Source of the DNA: Candidatus Pacearchaeota archaeon
GTDB taxonomy: Archaea > Nanobdellota > Nanobdellia > Pacearchaeales > GW2011-AR1
Assembly: GCA_050124795.1 (NCBI GenBank)
Contig: JASFEO010000003.1
Span: 15,622-79,621, forward strand
Length of the DNA: 64,000 nt
Direction: 5' to 3'
In this document: positions 58,169 through 64,000 of the stretch, in pieces
Layout: every line of letters starts with the position of its first letter
How positions within the stretch are numbered: position 1 is the first letter of the stretch
The notes under the pieces: model-generated
The model's database searches: none
Seen by the model: the letters and a program-made list of their open reading frames with translations, nothing else
Told to the model about the DNA's origin: nothing
Made by a program: the position numbers and the translations under genes

Positions 58169-58341
58169 TTTCCCTTCTTAACTTTCTTTTCCTTAGAAAC
58201 CCAACGAACTTTTCTTCGCTTCATTTTCATGTTCTTCCTGCACTTTGCTGAACACAAATGATTAATTGTTCCGTCTATCATTACAAGTGTAAGCCCTTTT
58301 GGGATATCATAGTCTTTTCCGCAATAAACACATCTAGGCAT
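58165..58341 (-). CDS. rpl24e: 50S ribosomal protein L24e
   Basis: CVYCG..IPKG..DGT..CSAKC..VRW. Confidence 0.92.
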   Translation of the reverse strand: MPRCVYCGKDYDIPKGLTLVMIDGTINHLCSAKCRKNMKMKRRKVRWVSKEKKVKKGN

Positions 58342-58388
58342 ATTCAATTTCCCCCTGAAGGCTATTTATTTTCTGCGCCAGCATTTTC

Positions 58389-58679
58389 TTATGTATAAGC
58401 CCCTTTTGTTACTTTTGATTTGATTCTTCTTGCTTCAATTTCTGTTTCTCTTAACATTAAAGTATCTCCGACTCTGATAGGTCCTTTAACATTTCTTCTC
58501 ATGACTCGCCCTTTGTCCCGACCTTCCTGCACTGCGCACTTAACCTGGATAACTTCTCCACGAAAGCCGGTTCTGCCAATAATTTCTTCAACTATTGCAG
58601 GCACAACTTCACCTAAAAGTTTCTCACTGCCCTTTGTTGCTCCTTGCTTTTTTTCTTGTTTTTTTTGAGTCTTTGCCAT
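58389..58679 (-). CDS. rps28e: 30S ribosomal protein S28e
   Basis: [35 protein letters not shown]. Confidence 0.96.
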   Translation of the reverse strand: MAKTQKKQEKKQGATKGSEKLLGEVVPAIVEEIIGRTGFRGEVIQVKCAVQEGRDKGRVMRRNVKGPIRVGDTLMLRETEIEARRIKSKVTKGAYT

Positions 58680-58681
58680 TT

Positions 58682-58942
58682 TTAATCAAAATAATTTAAA
58701 TTTATTCTTGTTATTTGTATGCAATCAGAAGGGGAATCGGCGCACGGACCAAAACGAGTTGAACCCTCATGAAAAATTTGCTCATCTTTTGCTCCATCAC
58801 AACCTTCATAAGCATTCCAGCAAATAGCCCCCCAACCTGTAGCTAATCTTCCTAACCTTTCAATAGCCCCATCAAATCCCACAAATACCTCTAAGTCTAT
58901 AAAATCTTCTTCAGTAATTGGTTCTAATACTTCGTTACTCAT
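58682..58942 (-). CDS. hypothetical Cys-containing protein between rpl7ae and rps28e
   Basis: 86 aa, four Cys. Confidence 0.6.
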   Translation of the reverse strand: MSNEVLEPITEEDFIDLEVFVGFDGAIERLGRLATGWGAICWNAYEGCDGAKDEQIFHEGSTRFGPCADSPSDCIQITRINLNYFD

Positions 58943-58955
58943 TTTATTTGAAAAT

Positions 58956-59258
58956 TTATTTTAACTGTGAAATATCCTTTTCTGCGTCGCCAGCTTCAAT
59001 TACAACTGCTGAAGATGTGCTCACAGGCAGGCCAACTGCAATTCCAAGTTTCTGCTTTGAGTCTGCTTCAATGCATGGAATTTTTTTCTCCTTGCAAAGA
59101 ACCGGCAAATGCTGGACAATTTCTTTTGGCTCAACATCTGCAGCATACGCAACTAACTTTGCAGTTCCCCTCTCAATAGCCTTAGTAACTTCATTAGTTC
59201 CTCTCTCGAGTTTTCCTGACTTTCTTGCTTTTTCCAATATTTGATACACGTCTGCCAT
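58956..59258 (-). CDS. rpl7ae: 50S ribosomal protein L7Ae
   Basis: GTNEVTKAIERG.AKLV..A.DVEP.EIV.HLP.LC. Confidence 0.96.
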   Translation of the reverse strand: MADVYQILEKARKSGKLERGTNEVTKAIERGTAKLVAYAADVEPKEIVQHLPVLCKEKKIPCIEADSKQKLGIAVGLPVSTSSAVVIEAGDAEKDISQLK

Positions 59259-59390
59259 TTTATTTATAGAACTTAGAAAAATCCTCCCCTAAGCTCATCG
59301 GATAAAATTTAATGAGAAACTTGGTTTATAAAACTTTTCTTTATAAAAAATTATAGAAATTAATTTAAAGTCTTATTTTATTTTAGGGAT

Positions 59391-59681
59391 ATGATTGAAG
59401 ATTATTTATTAGGAGACGGAAGTGTTGATTGGAAAAAAGTAAACAGAAGTGCAATTGAATTCAGGCAAAATCCCAAATTACGATTGGATGAAATTCTTGA
59501 TTATTTAAAAGAAAAAGACAAAGTAACTGATTATTTAAGAGAAGATGCCCTAATACTTTTTAGGCCCGATGATGGGATCAAAATTCTCTTCATTCTAAAG
59601 ATGAATGCCATTGGTATTTCACACAAAAGGGAATTAATGAAGCAAAAAGTTATGCAAAAGATTTTCTTGAAAAGAGTGTAA
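59391..59681 (+). CDS. hypothetical protein
   Basis: 96-aa ORF. Confidence 0.5.
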   Translation: MIEDYLLGDGSVDWKKVNRSAIEFRQNPKLRLDEILDYLKEKDKVTDYLREDALILFRPDDGIKILFILKMNAIGISHKRELMKQKVMQKIFLKRV

Positions 59682-59716
59682 GAATTTGTAAACCAATCGG
59701 GATTGCTTAATTAAAT

Positions 59717-60904
59717 TTACCGAGTAATTATCTCAAGCGCATCACGATTTTTCAATTCATAATCTTTTCCTAAAACCATTTTTGTTTTTGCATTAATTGC
59801 CTTGATAAAATTTTTCCCAAAATCAGTATGCAAAAAATATGCAAAATCTAAGGCTGTGCTTTTCGGCGGAAGTAAAAAACAATCTGGCAAAATATTTCCT
59901 TTTGAGTCTCCGAGTTTATTTGCGCTTGCAGGAAAAATCGCTAAATACCCCAACAAATCAAAAACAGCATAATTCAAAACTTCCTGAACACCTGTCCCAA
60001 AATCCTGTTTTTCCAAAACATTTTGTTTTATTTTTTCAAGAGCTTGTTTTTGCTTTTCATTTAATTCTTTTAAAATTTCAAAATCTTTTTCTCCTGGAAT
60101 GTATTTGATAATTTCAGCTTTTGCAGCTTGTCTAAGTGCAAGTTCTGAATCAGCTGAACAAGGAATAATCTTAATTTCGGGAAATTCTTTTTTTAAGTTC
60201 TCATAATTCTCTTGTCCTTTTTCTTTGTCAACCTTATTTGCTGCAATTACAACTGGCTTTGTTAAATGCCTAAGTTCGTGTGAGAATTTTTTTAAGTCTT
60301 CCTCGCTCCAAGTCGTAGGCTTAGTTGAATCAAAATTTAATTTTCTTACAACAACTTTAACATCATCTTCTTTTACTTTTAATCCTGAAAATTGTTTTGC
60401 AACTGCTTTTGAAAAATCTGATTTAGTGTTTTGAATTGTTCTTGCAAAACCTGCCCAGACCTTTTTTAAGATTCCAAGATACCACAAATCAAGTTCTTCT
60501 TCCAACATTCTAACGTCGTTAACAGGGTTATAATTTTTTGTTTCCCGTCCTTCTTCATTTGTCTCACCCGAAGCATCAACAATCTGAATAAAAACATCTG
60601 CCTGACGAAGATCGTCGAGAAATTGGTTTCCTAATCCTTTTCCCTCGCTTGCTCCTTTTACTAAACCTGCAACATCCATTAATTCAACTGGCACAAATCT
60701 TTTATGGTCAAGACAAAATCCATGATTTGGATTGCACTGTGTGTTAAATTCAGAATCAATGCAGTCAACTTTTACATAGGCGATTCCTCTGTTTGCTTTT
60801 ATTGTTGTGAATGGGTATGATGCAATATCAACTTCTGCCAGAGTCGCTGCTTTGAAAAATGTTGATTTTCCTACTGAAGGTTTTCCGACTAATCCGATTA
60901 ACAT
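59717..60904 (-). CDS. ychF: YchF/OLA1-family translation-associated GTPase
   Basis: [39 protein letters not shown] domain. Confidence 0.93.
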   Translation of the reverse strand: MLIGLVGKPSVGKSTFFKAATLAEVDIASYPFTTIKANRGIAYVKVDCIDSEFNTQCNPNHGFCLDHKRFVPVELMDVAGLVKGASEGKGLGNQFLDDLRQADVFIQIVDASGETNEEGRETKNYNPVNDVRMLEEELDLWYLGILKKVWAGFARTIQNTKSDFSKAVAKQFSGLKVKEDDVKVVVRKLNFDSTKPTTWSEEDLKKFSHELRHLTKPVVIAANKVDKEKGQENYENLKKEFPEIKIIPCSADSELALRQAAKAEIIKYIPGEKDFEILKELNEKQKQALEKIKQNVLEKQDFGTGVQEVLNYAVFDLLGYLAIFPASANKLGDSKGNILPDCFLLPPKSTALDFAYFLHTDFGKNFIKAINAKTKMVLGKDYELKNRDALEIITR

Positions 60905-60963
60905 AAATTTTTATTTGATTGGTTATATTTAAAATTTATCATATTGTTTTTTAAAATTTTTAG

Positions 60964-61494
60964 TTAATCAATTCTTGTCAGATGAAAAGTTCCTATTTGT
61001 TTCTTTTTTAATTGCTCATTAAAGTATTTTTCATTTCTTTTTTGATGTCTTAGAAATTGAAAAAGTCCATTCCAAGGTCTGTTTGCTTTATATTTTATCT
61101 CAGTTAAATAATTCAATAAATCTATTTTGGAATTCAAGAGTCTTTTTTGGGAAAACACGTCAATTAAATTTACAAATCTCCATGGACCTTTTAGACAATA
61201 GTCAGTGCCTTCTTCTGGAGGAGTTAAAGAAAGAGAATAGATTACTTGGTTAAAGTAAGAATTTTCAGGTGAAGCTGGAATTTTTGCAAGAACTATTCTT
61301 GAGATTTTCGGAAGAATTTTTCCGAGAATAATTTTTTCAAGGTCTTCTTTAGGTTTTTCTGAATCTGTTAAAGAACCAATTATTCTTTTTCCTTTACAGA
61401 CTATTATTTCTCCTGAATGAGATCCTCTTTTTTGGTCTTTAGATTTACTACTCCAATAATTTCCTTCAACTTTGTGTCTTCCAATTGAAATCAT
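60964..61494 (-). CDS. hypothetical protein downstream of tRNA-Ile
   Basis: 176-aa ORF. Confidence 0.6.
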   Translation of the reverse strand: MISIGRHKVEGNYWSSKSKDQKRGSHSGEIIVCKGKRIIGSLTDSEKPKEDLEKIILGKILPKISRIVLAKIPASPENSYFNQVIYSLSLTPPEEGTDYCLKGPWRFVNLIDVFSQKRLLNSKIDLLNYLTEIKYKANRPWNGLFQFLRHQKRNEKYFNEQLKKKQIGTFHLTRID

Positions 61495-61548
61495 ATAAAG
61501 ATAATCAAAGATTTGTTTTTAATTATTTGTATATGTTGAAATAGTTAA

Positions 61549-61671
61549 TGAGCCTGCACAGATTTGAACTGTGGACCCCCAGCTCTCTTAGACGAATCTA
61601 AATTGAGCTATAACCCTAATGGATTATCGTCTTATAAGACTGGTGCTCTAACCAGGCTGAGCTACAGGCTC
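61549..61671 (-). tRNA. tRNA-Ile(TAT) with 48-nt intron (61585..61632)
   Basis: GAGCCTG/CAGGCTC acceptor; CCAGT-CTTATA|intron|A-GCTGG; canonical BHB (CTTA/TAAG central helix, two 3-nt bulges). Confidence 0.92.
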
Positions 61672-61864
61672 ATTTATCTTTGAAGAGAAATGGTTATTTA
61701 TAAGTTTTGTTGGAAGAAATAAAAAGATTAATAATCCTTTTTTTAAATTAAATATGAAAAGATGGTTGATTCAGAGAAATATATTTTCGCGCAAACAGTG
61801 AGGTTCTTAAAAGAGTAGAATTAAAGAGATAAACTTTTATAGTCAGTTGTTTAAAGAATTTTAA

Positions 61865-62000
61865 AGCCCCGTAGTACAGTGGTCAAGTATACTAGACTCT
61901 GGTCGAGCGATTACGTGGTAGAGAGCATCTTTACCTGCACAATAACTCGTGCGTAATCGGGAGATATCTGGTGACCCAGGTTCGAATCCTGGTGGGGCTA
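61865..62000 (+). tRNA. tRNA-Gln(CTG) with 63-nt intron (61903..61965)
   Basis: A1-U72 acceptor AGCCCCG/TGGGGCT; CTAGA-CTCTGG|intron|A-TCTGG; relaxed BHB. Confidence 0.92.
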
Positions 62001-62277
62001 TAAAATTATTTCACTTTCTGAAAGCAGTTAATTTTAAAAATAATAGTTTGAATATAATTTCATGAAAAATTTGTCTTTAGATAACTTTGTGGTTGATAAC
62101 TATGTTCAGAGATTAATCAATTGTCTTAAAGATACAAGTGTTGAAACTGATGAAAAATTTGCAAATGTTGTGAGAGAATATTATAAATATTATGAATTTT
62201 TTTTGCATGAGCTTGATGTTTATTGATACTATAATTTAATTAAAAAGAAATAAAAACTTATTTTTCTTTGGGATTTT

Positions 62278-62826
62278 ATGAGGGTTAAAAAAGTATTGTT
62301 GATAATTGTTTATATTGGGGTCTTTTTTTCGTTTTCGTATTTTTTGTTTTCAATGATAAATTTTGAAAGTGTGCTTGAGCAAATTGGAATTTACAGGTTT
62401 GTTTTGATACCTATTCTTTCTGTTTTTGGATGCAATATGCTGACGTCGTCTTTTCTTTATCCTGTGCTTTTTTTCATGCATCAAAACGGGATGAATCTTT
62501 TTCTTTTGTCGGGCCTTACTACAATTGGCGCAACAACAGGGGATCTTTTGTTTTTGTTTTTTGGTAAAAAGATAAATGAGAATTCAGGAAGAACTAATCA
62601 TCGTGTTACAAAATTTTTCAGGAGAAACAGGGATTCGCGTTATATAAAGTTTTTTATATTTTTTTATGCTGCATTTTTTCCGACGTCAAATGAATTTATG
62701 ACTCTTGGTTTTGGGTATATAGATTATCCTTTTAGAAAAACATTTTTGCCGCTTTTGCTTGGGAATATTTTTTATTTTACTATTATGATCTGGCTTGGAG
62801 GAATTTTTCTTGGGAAGATATTTTAG
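62278..62826 (+). CDS. membrane protein, DedA/VTT-like
   Basis: GATTGDLLFLFFGKK; FFPTSNE..GFG..YPFRK. Confidence 0.7.
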   Translation: MRVKKVLLIIVYIGVFFSFSYFLFSMINFESVLEQIGIYRFVLIPILSVFGCNMLTSSFLYPVLFFMHQNGMNLFLLSGLTTIGATTGDLLFLFFGKKINENSGRTNHRVTKFFRRNRDSRYIKFFIFFYAAFFPTSNEFMTLGFGYIDYPFRKTFLPLLLGNIFYFTIMIWLGGIFLGKIF

Positions 62827-62896
62827 TTGTTTTTTTAGTTTTTGAGAGTGCGGCAATTCTAAAGATTTATAAAAAAGAATTTTTTATTAGAATAAT

Positions 62897-63078
62897 GCCC
62901 CTGTAGTACAGAGGCCAAGTATGCCACCCTCTCAAAGAAGAAATTTCGAATTTCTATAAAGAGGTGATCTGGTCTCGATGAGAGAAAAGGTCTATGCATC
63001 TCAATGTAACCTTTTTGGCTGCCTATATGGGCAGTTTGGAGAACGGTGGTGACCCGAGTTCGAATCTCGGCTGGGGCG
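62897..63078 (+). tRNA. tRNA-Glu(CTC) with 109-nt intron (62935..63043)
   Basis: GCCCCTG/CTGGGGC acceptor; CCACC-CTCTCA|intron|C-GGTGG; CTCT/GGAG central helix. Confidence 0.92.
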
Positions 63079-63297
63079 TAAAAGGGATTTTTCAAATCCC
63101 TTATTTTTTCCTGAGATTCTTGCACGTTAAATTCAAAATGATTTTTTGAAAATTTTATTTTCAACCCGAGATTTCGAATCCGAGCAACTTCGTGGTAGAA
63201 GTCCAAAAAATTCAGGTTAGAAAATTAAAAACTTCGCGCGAGGTTGGGAGTCGGCTGGGGCATTTAAGAATTTGCCTGTGATCCCCTAAATATTTCA

Positions 63298-63831
63298 TCA
63301 ACTATTTTTTGATCTTTGAAATTTTGAAAATTCTTCACTTTGTAAAATCTGCTTATATTTTTTCATGATCTCTCTATCGATTGGATTAAAAACTTTTGCT
63401 AAAAGCTCTTTTGTTATTTGCCTATTTTGAGGTAAAACAAAATTAAGAAAAGAAGTGCGATAATACCTCTGACTATAGCCAGTCATATTCCATCCAAGTT
63501 GTGTATCGTAATCTGTTAACTCTTCACCAAAAATAAATGATTCTCTGTTCTGGCTTTCTTTTCTCGTGGATTTAATTGACCACTTTTTGAAAAATCCATG
63601 AAATGGCGAATTAATGCTTTTAATCTTTTGAGATAAACTTCTTTTTTCTGCTGCTTTATCATATCTTGTTAGAATAGCAGTTCCGTCAACAAATTCATAA
63701 TGATCAAATTCAAATACTAAATTAGTTGCTCTTCCCAAGTAAATTGTATTCTCATTAGGCTGATATTTATTAGAAAAATATCCCAAATTCACTTCTTGCC
63801 CGCATTGGATTTCTAAATCATTTGCATTCAT
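63298..63831 (-). CDS. hypothetical protein
   Basis: 177-aa ORF with TATA element upstream. Confidence 0.6.
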   Translation of the reverse strand: MNANDLEIQCGQEVNLGYFSNKYQPNENTIYLGRATNLVFEFDHYEFVDGTAILTRYDKAAEKRSLSQKIKSINSPFHGFFKKWSIKSTRKESQNRESFIFGEELTDYDTQLGWNMTGYSQRYYRTSFLNFVLPQNRQITKELLAKVFNPIDREIMKKYKQILQSEEFSKFQRSKNS

Positions 63832-63893
63832 GTTTTTAGGGATTAATCTTTGTTTATAAAGATTATTGTGTTTTATGTTATGTTGAAAAAGTC

Positions 63894-64000
63894 TTCAGGG
63901 AAAAATAGATAATCCCTGAAAACATAGATATCATGAGGTGATATCTATGAAAAAACAAGAAAAACTAACTAGAAAAATTAAACGGTTTTTGAAAAGAATC
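63894..64000 (+). mobile_element. possible left end of an IS: two hairpins and the start of a putative transposase ORF (63947..)
   Basis: TTCAGGGA/TCCCTGAA and CATAGATATCA/TGATATCTATG hairpins; MKKQEKLTRKIKRFLKRI recalls N-termini of DPANN DDE transposases; cut off by the window. Confidence 0.4.

Noticed and set aside
62859-63206. 115-aa minus-strand ORF
   Set aside because: Antisense to the intron-containing tRNA-Glu; spurious.
1-64000. CRISPR array, rRNA genes, integron integrase or attC sites
   Set aside because: No regularly spaced repeats, no rRNA-like GC-rich block, no tyrosine recombinase motifs, and no RYYYAAC..GTTRRRY hairpins seen.
1-64000. Alternative genetic code (stop reassignment)
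   Set aside because: Conserved genes end at TAA, TAG and TGA and are uninterrupted under the standard code.

Overview
AT-rich archaeal chromosome segment, most consistent with a DPANN archaeon of the Pacearchaeota/Woesearchaeota type. Evidence: archaeal ribosomal proteins L31e, L39e, S19e, S6e, S2, L35Ae, L10e, L24e, S28e and L7Ae, aIF2-gamma, proteasome alpha, SBDS, exosome Rrp4/41/42, Rpo6, a class III-signal pilin, and BHB-intron tRNAs. Five tRNAs are present: Gly-GCC, His-GTG, Ile-TAT, Gln-CTG and Glu-CTC, the last three with introns. The most striking feature is that conserved housekeeping operons are repeatedly interrupted by single small ORFans. Several of these are flanked by duplicated gene-junction or gene 3'-end sequences: a 23-bp perfect repeat at rps19e, a ~50-bp degenerate repeat at rpl24e, and a recurrent TAAAATGACAAA in the exosome operon. 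This suggests an undescribed one-gene-at-a-time capture mechanism. Other highlights: three proteases of three catalytic classes all carrying twin-arginine-like N-termini, a ~1000-aa HTH/coiled-coil/metallophosphoesterase protein, a shared TAGTAGTAACA promoter motif, tRNA-Ile(UAU), a bacterial-type RsmH, a GluRS lacking its anticodon-binding domain, and several deletion scars. All protein calls come from motif recognition by eye; no database search was run.
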